Positions 26,600 to 39,689 of a stretch of 64,000 bases of DNA are shown here, piece by piece; the first letter of the stretch is position 1, and every line of letters begins with the position of its first letter. The stretch comes from Hypanus sabinus (lineage: Eukaryota). Under the pieces are notes generated by a model. That model was not told where the DNA came from. It was given only the letters and a program-made list of their open reading frames with translations, and searched no databases. A program made the position numbers and the translations under genes. The stretch covers positions 95,728,001-95,792,000 of the forward strand of contig NC_082714.1 in NCBI RefSeq assembly GCF_030144855.1, read 5' to 3'.

Positions 26600-27900
26600 T
26601 CCGCAGCAATTAATTTCACGGACCGAAATAGAACAAAGACCAGGACAGCACAAGACAGGTCCTTCATCCCGCAAGGTTGTGCCGAACCAGCCAGAAAGTA
26701 AACTAATACACTCAAAAACGAACCCCTCCTACCTACACAAGGTATGTATTTCTCCGTCTTCCTTGCGTTCATGTGCCCATCTAAACGTTTCTTAAACGCC
26801 ACTCCAAAGAAATTAACCGTAGTCTGTCCAGCCGCTCATGATAGCACATATCTTCTAAACCAGTCAGCGTCCTTGTAAACCTTTTCTGCTCTTAAACCAC
26901 TCTAAAGCCTTTACATCCATCCCATAATAAGGCGATCAGAACTCTATGCAATCCTCCAGATGCTGCAAAGTAGCAACATAACTTCTTGACTTTGAACTCA
27001 ATGCCTCGACTATTAAAATCAAGCATTCCATTAACCCTCTAAACTACCCTATGGACCTGTGTAGCCACTTACAAGGAGCTATGAACTTTCATCCCAAGAT
27101 TTCTCTGCTCAGCAACTCTATTAAGGATCTTGCCCTTAACAGTGTACTGCCTCCTTGCATCTGCCCTACCAATGTGCAACACTTCATATTCTTCTGGGTT
27201 GAATTCCACCTGCCATTTATCTCCCAAAATCTGCAACTGATCTACTGTATATCGCGCTCCGTTGTTTTTTAGTCTTCTACACTGTCCACAACTCCACCAA
27301 TCTTGGTATCATCCCCAAACCTACAAACACACCCATTTTCATTTTCATCCAAGCTATTTATCTCCATCAGAAACTGCCGAGTTCCGAACACATATTCCTG
27401 AGGAGCACCATTAATTACAGACCTCCAGCTCGAATGTCCCGTCAATCACTACTCTCTGTCTTCTACGCGCGAGCAAGTTCAATCAGGCAATTCGCTGTGG
27501 AGCCCATGCGTCTTAATCATTTGGATTCGACTCCCATGAGGGACACTGATAAACACCTTACTGAAATCCATGCAGGCAAAATACAGCGCCCCAGCTTCAT
27601 CAATCTCTATAGCTAAATTGTCAAAAAATTCAATGATATTGGTAACTCACGACCTGCACGCACAAAGCCCCTCTCCCGCCCTACCCCAGTAAGGCATGAC
27701 TCCAAACGTTCGTACATCCTTTCCCTAATATTTACCTGCAATTTCTCTAGAAGCGACGCGATTCTCACTGGTTTATATTTCCCGGGGTTTTCCCTTGTTC
27801 ACTTCTTCAATTTATGTACAACATTAGCCACTCCTCAGTCCTCCGGGACCTCGCCTGTGCCCAGTAAGGAAACAAAGACAGTGGTCAAGGCCCCAGCAGT
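26600..27900 (-). mobile_element. CR1-like LINE fragments
   Basis: Reverse complement of CR1 ORF2 pieces. Confidence 0.6.
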
Positions 27901-27989
27901 CTCGTCTCTTGCCTCTTTGAAAAACCTGTGTTGAATCCCAACAGGGCCCTCTCTGATTAGAAAGCTTAGGTTAAGTGGGTTATTTATAA

Positions 27990-28790
27990 TATGATAGAAT
28001 TTACCTTGCAATTTGAGAAGGAAAAGCTAAAGCTAGAGGTATCCTATTACAGTAGAGTATAGGGAATTACAGACGCATGGGAGAGGAACTGGCCAAATTT
28101 CATTGAAAAATAACACTGACAGGGATGACGGCAGAGTAGTACTGGCTGGAATTTCTGGAAGCAATTCAGAAGGCGCAGGGTATACACATCCGAACGAGGA
28201 AGAAGCATTCTAAAAGCAAGAGGACACAACCGTGGCTAATAAGAGAAGTAAAAAAAAACATAAAACCTAACAAGAGGTCATATAATAATGCAAAAAAATA
28301 AATGAAAGTTGGAGCATTAGGAACGTTTTAAAGTCCAACAGAAGCCTAAAACGTCATCCAGAATGAAAACGTAAATAGGAAAATAAGCATGCCAATAATA
28401 TCAAAGACGATACCAAAGGTTTCTTCAGATCAGTTAACTGTAAAAGAGAGGCGAGAATTGGTATCGGACTTGTGGAATAACAAGCTGGAGAGATACTAAT
28501 GGAGACACCGAAATGGCGGGAGAACTGAATAAGTATTTTGCATCAGCCTTCAATATGGAAGAAACTAACAGTACGCCGGAAATTCGAGAGTGTCAGCGGG
28601 CAGAAGTGTGTGCAGTTGCCATTACTAGGGAGAAGATGCCTTGGAAACTGAAAGGCTTGAAATTAGGTAAGTCACCTGGACCAGATGATATACACCCCAG
28701 GATTATGAATCAGGTGGATGAAGAGATTGTGGAGCCATTAGTAATGGTGCCGGAGGCCCGGAAAATGGCATATGTCACTCCATCTTAAGT
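27990..28790 (+). mobile_element. CR1-like LINE ORF2 fragment
   Basis: LNKYFASAF, KSPGPDDIHPR. Confidence 0.7.
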
Positions 28791-29039
28791 TTGATATGCT
28801 CTAACCCAGGAAACAATGCAGGTGCTGGAAATGCAAAGCAACGCACAAAAACGCTGAAGGAACTCAACAGATAGGACCCCTACCTCAGCTCGAAACGTGG
28901 ACTATTTATTCATTTCAATGGATGCTGCCTGACCTCCAGCAGTTTGGGAGTATAGCTTTTTATATCCAGTATGATTTATAACTCAGTAGCAATAATTTTC
29001 AGATTGCAACTTTCCTTTGCAGCTGACATATACAGTCAG

Positions 29040-30655
29040 TGCGAATGTAGAAAATAAAAATCCCTGGACATCCAGGAAATGGGTCAGTGTTGCGAGTTTT
29101 CTTCCTGTTGTGCATTTAACCAACTGCTTTACAATGTTCTCACTGAAAACCTGGAATAGGGGAAGTATGCACTGAAAGTACCCTCCAGGGCGCTATCGCT
29201 CTCTTTCAGGAAAACATCGTGAGTGATAGCAACAAGAACATACGTGCATTCATAAGGCACCTTCCATTAGTCACGGGATTTCTATCACGCAATGCAGCCC
29301 GAGATTCACACAGAGATATTAGTCCGGAAAGTGCTAGCGTAAAGAATGTATGAAACCGAGAGAATTCGCCACCACACCTCACTTCAACCAAGTGTAAATT
29401 CTGGATTTCATTGTGTGATTAGGTGATGCCCAGCCTCTCTGTGACGGTCAGTAGCTTCTTTCCAGGAATCAACAACGTTATCCATCGCTACTCTGCTTCC
29501 AATTGAGTCTCATCTCTTCTCTCATCGGTTGTCCATCGAAATCCGATGACGACGTCCACTCCTTTACCGGTGAGATCTTTGATGACTATGCAGTCCTATC
29601 CTGGACCCACAAGCTCTGTTGCAGATGGAACACGTATATGTGGTAGTGGTGGTAGTGATGACAACCATGGCTGCATTTCTCCTGGCTCTCTTCTGCTGTC
29701 TTCTGGTTGTACTTTCCATCTCCAGAATATGAACCCCATCCCTACACAGCTGTTGCCAAGTGCTATGGTCAGCAGCAACATCCTCCAGGTTCTCGGGTCT
29801 GATCTTGCACTTCCTTAAAGCATTCTTTAACTGATCCTTATAGCGCTTCTTCGGCCCTCCAGCTGAGCATCGACCATGATGTGTCAGGCTGTATAACACT
29901 CTGCGGGGTAGCCGACATGGGGGTATCCTTATCACGTGCCCCAGCCACTGCAGCTGACGCTGGGTGATCATGACCTCAATACTTCTGCAGTTGGTCTTTA
30001 CAAGTATTTCAGTGTGAGGCACCCGTTTACGCTAAGTAATCCCCACGATGCGCTGAAGGCAGCTTAAGTGGAAGCGCTCCAAGGACCTTATGTGACAGCT
30101 GTAGGTTACCCAAGCTGCACAGCTATAAAGGAGGGTGGTGACACAGACCACTTGGTATACAGCGACTTTTGTGGAGGGACAAAGGCTCCTGTTCTGAAAG
30201 AGTCTACGCCGAAGTCTCCCAAAGGCAGCTGATGCCTGTTTAATGTGGCTATCGTTGTCAATGCCCCTATTCTCCATTGGGACGACATCCTTTTATAAAA
30301 GCAGAGACCAAAACGACAGACTATTCTCGGCAGCCGCTTCCAAATTTGCAATAAATCTTCCTTGCACGTATTGTATTTCATACGCTTTTCAATAAAGACC
30401 AACATTTATGAAATTCCAAAATTACACACAACACCTCCATTTCAGTTATAGAATTTAAGGTGCGGCTTCCTCCGGGTGCTCTGGTTTCCTCCCATATTCC
30501 AAAGATGTATGTGTTAAAGTTAGTAAGTTGCGGACATCCCATGTTGGAGCAGGAAGGGTGGCGACCCACCACAGCCCTCGCTGAATTCATTTGACACAAA
30601 TGAAGTATTTTACTGGATGTTTTGATGTACATGCGAAATAAATCTATTTGTTCAT
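29040..30655. repeat. Paralog of 3900-4740, interrupted by an RTE insertion
   Basis: Collinear matches on both sides of the RTE at about 29440-30255. Confidence 0.8.
29440..30255 (-). mobile_element. 5'-truncated RTE-clade LINE
   Basis: ASAAFGRLRRR, QLQWLGHVIR, RRVLY...GGPKKRYKDQLK, and a C-terminal CxxC...HxxxH. Confidence 0.85.
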
Positions 30656-30662
30656 CAAATAG

Positions 30663-30975
30663 TGGTGAATGCACCAACTGAGACCACAGGAGATCCAGCC
30701 GCTGGGGACATTCTTCCAGACAGGTGGAAACAGCAAACGCCCACATTTCCCACCAAAAACACCGGGAACAACTTTGGTTCTAGAATCTGCAAACGAGAGT
30801 CTCCGGGTATGTTTATTAACCGTTATGTTAAAGAGGAGGAGACCCCAGGAAGAAGGATGTGGGCAGAGACTGACCATTCGTCCTTTGGAGTCCATGAATG
30901 AGGACCTTACTGATCCTTAAAACTTCAGCCTCTAATTTCAAAAATGTTTCATCTTCAGTTGTGTTACATATGCAG
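30663..30975 (-). pseudogene. Orphan IgL promoter plus frameshifted leader exon, no V/J/C downstream
   Basis: Minus strand reads ATGTCCCCAGCGGCTGGATCTCCTGTGGTCTCAGTTGGTGCATTCACCA (30711-30663), which aligns to leader 1 with a 1-nt insertion and no donor. Upstream GTTTGCAG (30787-30794), GTTAATAAAC (30811-30820) and gagactga/gtcctttgg match 10160-10330. Confidence 0.85.
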
Positions 30976-32244
30976 GCATAAAAAGATTTCAAAATACTCA
31001 GGCTAAACTGGTTTTAGACATCGATATCTGCAACTGCTCTCTGAAACAACAAAAGTGGGCCATTCGGCTCTCTTCTCTGTCCTAATAGCTAATTAGTTTA
31101 AATGGTTAGATGGGCCGAATGGCCTGTTTATTTGCTGTACATCACCATGGCTCATACGACTCTATGAGATCCAGAATGTTTTGCTTGTTAAGTATACGTT
31201 TTGGATTAAAGATCGTCACTAAAATGGGTAAATCCGACTCGGCTGCGAGTTTCTCTCTAAAGCCTCATGCTCGTGGGCCTTTGTAGAATTTCAAGTGGCT
31301 GTAGAGATTGGAGTCAAACCATCCACAAAGCATGATTACAATTGGAGGTCATCCAACGAAGACATGGGACATTGTGAGTGTTCCACTAAGAAGATACGCG
31401 AATCATTAGATCGGAATTTGGAGTTAATAAATAATTACACTGTTGGCACAATCTCCTCAGAACCTCTTCATACCTTCACCCCCACCCCACCACAACACCA
31501 CAAGCCAGGGAAACACACCATTACCTAATCTTCCAAAGATTTGAGAAAGCATCCGATAAAAGGTCCGAGTTTATCTGCTTCCACCACTTTGCCAGACAGT
31601 GAGATCCACATCATCTCTGTTACCAAATAATAAATTTCACACTAAAATAAGTAGAACAGTAATAACATTTTCCATCATTTTTATATAAAAAGCGTGGGGA
31701 ATCATAGAGTACTACAGGATAGAAATAGGCCAAGCCAACCTTACTTGTTCTTTTCCCTAATGCCATTTACCTGTTCCCTCCAAAGCCATCCCATCCATTT
31801 ACATATGCACACGTTTCTTAATTGTTAAAATTGAATCCGCTCTGTTACTTCCACTAGCAGCTTTTCCCCATTTTCACACCATCCTCTGAGTAAAGAAGTT
31901 TCCGCTCAGTTTCACCTTACGTAGTTCACATTTCATCCTGAGCCCCGAGGGAAAAGCGTGCATGCATTCACCCTTTCTATACCCTGCATTATCCTCGTTC
32001 TTCTGCGCTGCAGAAAGTAAAGCCCTAATATATTCAACCTTTCCCAGGTCTTCATACGTTCAAATTTTAAAGTAAATTGTATATATGTCACCATATACAC
32101 TCTGAGATTCCCATACCATTATTGTAAACTTTCAATGCACTCTTTCAATCTTATTGATACCTTACTTGTAGCCAGGTGAACGGAACTGCATACAGTAGCG
32201 TAAATATGGCCATTCTAACTTGTTGTATAACTTATTCAAACGAG

Positions 32245-33000
32245 AGGACATGATTTGAGAGTTAGGGGGCAGAAGTTTAAGGGAAACACGAGAGGGTTTC
32301 CTCAGAGAGTGTTAGCTGTGTGGAATGAGCTTCCTGTAGAAGTAGTAGAGGCCAGTTCAGTTGTGTCATTTAAGGTAAAATTGGATAGGTATATGGACAG
32401 CAAAGGAGTGGAGGGTTATGGGCTGAGTGCGGGTAGGTGGGACTAGGTGAGATTAAGAGTTCGGCACGGAATAGGAGGTCCGAGATGGCCTGTTTCCGTG
32501 CTGTAATTGTTATATGTTATATGTTAACTTAAGCATAATATGATGAGCCCTGATTTATTAAGGACAATGTGCCAAAAACTCTCTTTACGACAATATACAA
32601 CTGTGGTGACATTTTTAGGAAATGGTGACGTATGTTCCCAGGTGCCATTGTTCTATCGGACTCCTCAGAGCCCTGCCGGTCAGTTTGTAACTCTTAACCT
32701 GCTTTATCTTCCCAAAGTGAAATACCTCACACTAGTCTGCATTGGATTCCATCCAGCATTTTCACCCCATTTCTTTTTCATTTGGTCCAGACCGCGCTGC
32801 AGGCTTTCTTCACTGTCCACAGCATTCCTAATCTTGGAGTCTTCCCCAAAATTGCTCATCGAATTTACAACATTGCCACATAACTGATTAATATAAATGA
32901 AAAACAACAACGGTCTCAGCACCGATCACAGGTTTCACGACGCGTCACAGACTTCGAGTCAGAAAGACAACGATCAACTGCCGCTTTCCTTTTGCTGTTA
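32245..33000. mobile_element. CR1-like fragments (plus-strand 3' end, then minus-strand RT piece)
   Basis: RVRGQKFKG...WNELP; same subfamily as 59310-59870. Confidence 0.7.
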
Positions 33001-35720
33001 TCCTGTCTTTTCCCTTTTCCTATCATTTGAAACTTTCTCCGCGGTATTAGAATAAGAGCACAATTTGGCTTGCTGGAATAAGCAGCTAATTTTACAGATT
33101 AATAAGAAAGTAGTTCACACCACTTCACAGCCTAAGGGTAAATTCTCAAACTTCACCATTGTGTCCGAAGAATCTTGAAACCTAAAAGGATTTTTGCCAC
33201 AATTGACTGTCCTTCAAGTAAACAATATGAATCAAACTCATCCTCTCGCTAGTCCTCCCCCTGTTCGCTGGGGACCTGTGGTGGAATGCGTTGCATTGCG
33301 AAGTGACCTTCGAATAATTTCTGAGCCAGTTCACCGACCAGTCTACCTGTTTCTTTTCTGAGACTGTGAGGAGTCTGTATCACGTTTATTTGAGGTCTCA
33401 GAGATTTCACTCCTTGCCTGATTAATTGAAGGGCTGCTCCTCAAGTTCATTTTGTGCTTCAGCCCTGCACTCCTGATATATGGCTCCTGATATAAGTACG
33501 GAACAGGGCTCGGGGGTTTGCTCCTGTGCTGAACCAAGATGGCCATTCATGGATAATCGATGAATATACTCAAGTCGACTGCTGGCTCTCTTCTAAGGTT
33601 ACGTTCGTGTCTGAGTATCCTTGCACAGGGATCATTTGGTCACTATGGGCACAGGATGGAATTTCCAAGAATGGCGTGACACCAATGGAATTGAGTGCTT
33701 AATGGATATTTTCAACCGAAATTATAAATAAGTTGTAAATCCTGGATCATTATGTGTAATTAGTGAGTGAATAAACTTTCATAGTTCTATAAAATGAAAT
33801 TTTTCAACACCCCCTCATCGTTGGCATTCGTTAGGGAAGTTTGTAGAACAAAAAAATATTGAAACTTAAATAAGGCTAATTACTGGTTTTCTGCGGCTTT
33901 AAGGGCATCGGTACAAAGTTGGCAAATCGTGGGAGCCATTGACATGAAGGCGACTGTGCCTTTAAGAGGTATTCATTCCGTCAATCATACGAAATGTCTA
34001 ATAATCTTCTGGCTAAGGAGCGAGACAGAATTCGGACAAATGGGTAAGAGAGTGGCACCACCGGTGTGATCTGAATATCTGCAGATAACGAGATCATTCT
34101 AATTTTAATGATAATATATTGGAAAGTTAAAAAAATACTTCACCTGTCCCTTCCCGTAGAGTGAACAGGAAAGATCCGCCTTCAGGGACCATGTACGGGA
34201 GAAAGTCTACAATATCTACGGTCAATTTGTACACTGTATATTAGTTTTGACCGTAATCAAAGGTCAAATAAGCTAACAAGTTTTTTGCATGACCGGTGTT
34301 CCAAGCACTCCGCAGGGGTAGGAAGAGCAGCTAGAAATTAATCAAGACAACATGTGGTGGCAGTAGAGTGCAACCAGTGACCGGGATGGACTTGACCTGA
34401 AAAAATAGATTTACAGCAGAAAGGAAAGGAAGTCTTACGTCAGACATATGAGCAGCTCTCTGAGTTGCAGGAATCATTATACCAGGCATAGTAGCAGAAT
34501 TGAGCCATTCAGCCCATCGAGTCAGCTCTGTGGCTCATCTCCGATCCCACTGAACCCCATACACCTCGCCATATACTTCGATGCCTTGACAAATCAGAAA
34601 CTTCAGCCATCTCTAAACTGACATCAACCCCGCCAGTATCATCCTCAAATCCACATGGGCAAGATTTTATCCCATACCTCTGTAATTCCTTTTATGCCAT
34701 TGCGATGCTGAGAATGTGAGATATGGTTCTCCCTCTCAAACTGCAGTATATATTCAATCATATTATGATAACTGCCCCGAAAGGGTTCTTTACATTAAGC
34801 TCCCTAATAAATTCTGGATTATTACACAACACCCAATCCAAGATAGTCTTTCCCCGTGTTGGCTGAAGCACAAGCTACTCTAAAAAGCCATCTCGTAAGC
34901 ATTCAACAAATACCCTCTCTTGCGATCTGACACTGACCTGATTTTCTCAACCCCCTGGAACATGCAAGTCCCCCATTACAATTGTGACTTTACCCTTATT
35001 ACATGCCTTTTCCAGCGCCCTTTGCAATCTCAACCCCACATCTCGGCTACTATTTGGAGGCTTATATGTGATTCCTATAATGTTGTTTTTATCCTTGCAA
35101 TTTCACCCGAAGATTCAACATTTTCTGCCCCTAAGTCACCTCTTTATATATATGTAATTCTATGTCTTAACCACAGAGACACCCCGCCACCTCTGTCTTC
35201 TTGTCTGTCCTTTCGATACAACGTTCATCCTTTGTTGTTAAGCTCCCAACTATGGCCTCCTTTCAGCCAAGACTCAGTGATGTCCACAACGTCTAACCAA
35301 GCAATTTCTAATTGCGCGACTAGTTGGGTCACCTAATTACGAATTCTACGCGCATCTAAATACAGCACCTGCAGTCCTGCATTCTTCGTCCCTTTGAATT
35401 TTGGCTCTGTGGTACAATCCTTACAATGGGGAGTGAAATCAGCCCCTTGCGTCATTTAAACACGGACAGAACGATGCTTGATTAATCAAACGAGGACAAC
35501 AGGAAGAAGAGGAGCCAAATCAACTTCCCATTGTAAGGGAATACGAATTATTTTTTCCCTTCAGTCACAACAAAATTCCTTTTAGTTACCTACGGCCCAT
35601 TCTCACTCACAATCTTCACGACCCCGATCTACCAATGTGTTCAGCAATTAATCAAATATGACAAAATGTTACAAAACCGCCAGGCAAAATAAGAACTGTT
35701 GAAGTTCGAAGTAAATCTAT
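32990..35720. repeat. Old tandem duplication D, copy 1
   Basis: Collinear with 39690-41530: gcggctttaag, gtgcctttaagagg, ggtgtgatctgaatat.tgcaga, cagcagaaaggaaa, gtaagggaatacgaa. Confidence 0.75.
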
Positions 35721-35899
35721 TATCAACATATGTCACGATGCTCTGAGATAAGTTTATTGCAGAGATTTCGAGGAGCCAATAAGTGCAATAGAACCAATGA
35801 AAAACTACAATCTCCACCCAACCCTCCAAATTGTGCTCCGACGCAGCCATAGTGAAGAACTCCCATTCTATCCCATTCCATGAATCCCCTACTAAGTCA

Positions 35900-38020
35900 G
35901 CAAAAGATGTGGACCTGTTTGGGATTCGGCTGAATACTTAGATCTTCTTGAGGACTTCAGTAACAGGAGGGACACCTCCCTGCCCTCACACTGGCCGTAC
36001 GACTGTGCCATAGACCTCCTACCAGGCACAAGTCCTCCTCGAGGACGTATCTTTACCCTCTCTTGTAATGAAACGGAGGGAATGGTGGAATGCATCAACA
36101 AGGTAGTAGCAATGAGGCATTGACAATGGAGTTCATCCGTCCGTCAACATCGCCGGCAGGAGCAGGATTCTTTTTGTCAGCAAGACAGATGGCAATCTCC
36201 ATTCCTGAATCGATTATCGGCCCAGCATGAATCGAACAGCATCACTGTGAGGAACCGCTACTCCCTTCACCTGCTGCCGGATGCATTTCAACATCTCCAG
36301 GAACGTCATTATTTTCCAAAATTGATCTGCGCGGCGCGTACAATATGGTTTGCGCGAGAGAAAGGGATGAAGCAAGACAGCTTTCAACACCTCAAATGAC
36401 CATTATGAGAACCTGGCGATGACTTCTGGTCTGCGTAATAATATCCCTGCTGTACTTCAGGTCGGAGTTAACGACGTAGCCAGGGTCACTTTGAACCAGT
36501 TCGTGTTTGTACATTTATATGACATACTTATCTGTTCCTGCTCTCATCAGGAACACCTTCAGCATGTCCGAAGAGCTCACCAACGTCTCCTCGAAAATAA
36601 CCTGTGCGTCAAGCCCGAATAGTGTGAGTCCTATAAAGACCAGGTGTCGTTTTTGGGCTTTACACGTACCCTAACCAGTGTTCCAATGGCCCCTAGTCAA
36701 GTTCAGGCAGTTACAGAGTGGCCCAAATCATCTACAGTTAAGCTGGCACGGTGCACCTTGGAGCTTGCGAACCTTTATTGCCACGTCATTCGGCTCCCAT
36801 AATTGCACTCACCAGAGAAACCTCGGCAGGATTGAACCTCGGATGATGCCGAACAAGCATTTTCGGATTCAAAGCGACCTTCCACCAATACCCCAATAGT
36901 GCAATACCCAGACCCATCGCAGCCGTTCATAGCAGAGTTGGATGCATCTGATGGCGACATTGCAGCTGCCCTCTCTCAGCGCTGTTCTGCGGATAGCCGG
37001 CTGCACCCTTGTACCTTTCTTTCTAGTCGCTTGACTCCAGTCGATAGGAACCGGGAGGCCCGGGAGGAATGGTAACACTGGCTGGAGGAGGCAGAGCCTC
37101 CTTTCTTGGTCTGGACAGATGTGAAGAACCTCTCCTCCTGTCAGAATGCAAAGGGACCCAACTCTCATCAAGCCGGATGAGCTCTCTTCCTCATGGGGAT
37201 TGATTCCATCCTCACAGCGTCCCGGCAACAAGAAAAAAAGGCCGACACTCTATGCCGACAGTTCGACGGATCCGAGGACAATGCCGACCCAGAACCCATT
37301 GTCGCTCACTTGTGTATTACTGCTTCGGTGATCTTAGTCACGCCTAAGAGTCGAACCCAGGCTCGGGTGGGAGACATCCCAACCGGATGATTGCCGCTGC
37401 CGCTGTGTGTTCCAGAGTTTTGGAATTGGATCACTCCTCCCGTCTGGCTGAACATCCGGGAATTCGACGGATCCAGGAGTTTATAAAGAGACAATTGTGG
37501 TGGCTATCTATGCTTTAGGATGTCCACGAATTTGCATCTGTCTGTCCCACCTGCGCTCGGAACAAGACTGTTATGTCCACTGCCTGTGCCCCACCAATCT
37601 TGGTCCAACCTCTCAGTAGATTTCGTCACTGTCCTGCCCTCAACAAAGCAGCTACCACCATTCTGGTCACTGTGGATCGATTTTCCAAGGTTTGCCCAAG
37701 AGCGTCCATCAGATCGTATGACTGCCACACTCATGGCTCAACATTTGTTCAGGATCCACGACTCCCGTCAACACATAGCGTCTGATCATGTACCATAGTT
37801 CACTTCCCGCTTTTGGAAAGCTTTTATTTCTGTTGTCTTGAGGGAGACACGGCAGGCTTCTTATCTGGTTTCCAACCCCAATCCAGTAGCCAGACTGAGA
37901 GAGTGAACCAGCAGTTGAAGACGACCCTGCACTTCCTTGCCTCTTCCAACCCCATGTCCTGGAGCTCGCAGATGGTTCAGGACGAGATCGCCCACAATAA
38001 CCTGCAGTTGTCCTCCACGG
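35900..38020 (+). mobile_element. Decayed Ty3/Gypsy pol (RT, RNase H, integrase)
   Basis: Fragmented motifs [43 protein letters not shown] and PQSSSQTERVNQ, with many frameshifts. Confidence 0.85.
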
Positions 38021-38049
38021 GATCTATCTATCGTAGAATAGGTGTTGTG

Positions 38050-39050
38050 CTATAACCACATTTTATTAGGGAGCTTAATGTAAAGAAAACCTAAGGAGGT
38101 AGTGATTGAATAATGATTGAATTCATACTGCATTTTGAGAGGGAGAAGCATAACTCACATATATCTGTATCGCAAAGGAATAAAGTTAATTACAGAAGCA
38201 TGAGAGAGGAGCTTGCCCAGGTGGATTGGAGCAGGATTGGCGGGGACGACGGCAGAGCAGAGATGACTGAAGTTTCTGGGAATAGTTCACAAGACGCGGC
38301 ATCCATGGGTCCCACAGAGGAATAAGTCCTCAAATGGCAGGAGGAAGCAACCTTGGCTGCAGAGTAAGTTTAGTCCTACATAAAAGCCAAGGAAAGGGCA
38401 TAAAACGTAGCAAAAGTGAGCGGGAAGTTGGAAGATTAGGAGCTTTTACAGTCCAACAAAAGGCAACTAAAAAGCTTTAAGAAGGAAAACATGACGTCAG
38501 GCTAGCTAATAATATAAAACAGGATAACAAAAGTTTTTTTTCAGAAATATGAAGAGTAAAAGGGAGGTGAGAATTGATGCTGGACCACTGGAAAATATTC
38601 CTGCTGAGATAGTAATGGGGGCAAAGAAAGAGCAGATAAATGTAACGGGTACTTTGCATCAGTCTTCACAAGAATGATATCAGGAATGAAAGAGGTAACA
38701 TATGAGGAGCGTTTGATAACTCATCGAATCTTGAACGATCTGGATAAAGAGGATGTTTCCTCGAGAGGGGTGTCTAGGACTAGAAGGTACAGCATCAAAT
38801 TTGAAAGGCGTCCATTTAGAGCAGAGATGGAAAAAAATTCTTCAGCCAGAAAGTGGTGAATCTGTGCAATTCATTGGCACAGAGGGCTGTGCAGGCCTAT
38901 TCGTTTGGTATGTTTTAAGGCCGAAGTTGATAAGTTGCTGATTGATCAAGGAGTCACAGTAGAATGGGGTTGAGAGGGATAATATATCAACCATGTTGGA
39001 ATGGCGGAACAGTCTCGATGGGTTGAATGGCATATTTCCGCTCCTATGTT
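38050..39050 (+). mobile_element. CR1-like LINE fragments
   Basis: NYRSMREELAQVDW; CR1 3' end at about 38800-39050. Confidence 0.65.
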
Positions 39051-39689
39051 TTATGGTCGCATAGATTTGCGATCTTAAAGAAAACGTAGAGGACGCGTAA
39101 GGACGCCGTTGATTGAACCTGGAGTGGCCACTGTTAGAACAACGCCGCCATCTTACCATTGACTCTCCAACCTAGTCCTATTTGCCTTCATTTCTCCACT
39201 ATCACTTTGAACCTTTCCTTAAATGTCTTTTGAATTAAATTCTATCTGCCTTTTTTCAGGGTATTTTTCCAGCTGCTCAACTTCATGCTGCAAGCTTTAA
39301 CAGCCCTCCTCACGACTCACTACGTCCCCAATCTTGTACAGAACGAATACAACTTACGGCATTACCATCTGATTTATTAAAATAAATGATCAGCGACTAC
39401 GGACACAGCACCAATCCCGGTGTAACCCCACTAGTCACAGGTTGCCAGTCTGCAGGACAACCACCTTCTACCACTCACTAGTTTCTCCCACCAAGGCAAT
39501 GTTGGATACAATTGGCGACTTCAACCTCAATGTCAAGCGACTGAATCACTTGGACCAGTTTCCATCTCGAACTTCATCAAATAATTTATCGAACTCCCTT
39601 TTAAACAGAATAGTTGGGTTTATATGCAGCACACACAGAAGCAATGGATACAACGTGTTCTGTGAGGAATATGAAAATCAGTTACTCTT

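Noticed and set aside
29424-30236. TGATGCC as TSD of the RTE insertion
   Set aside because: The right-hand copy lies within RTE coding sequence (QASAAFG).
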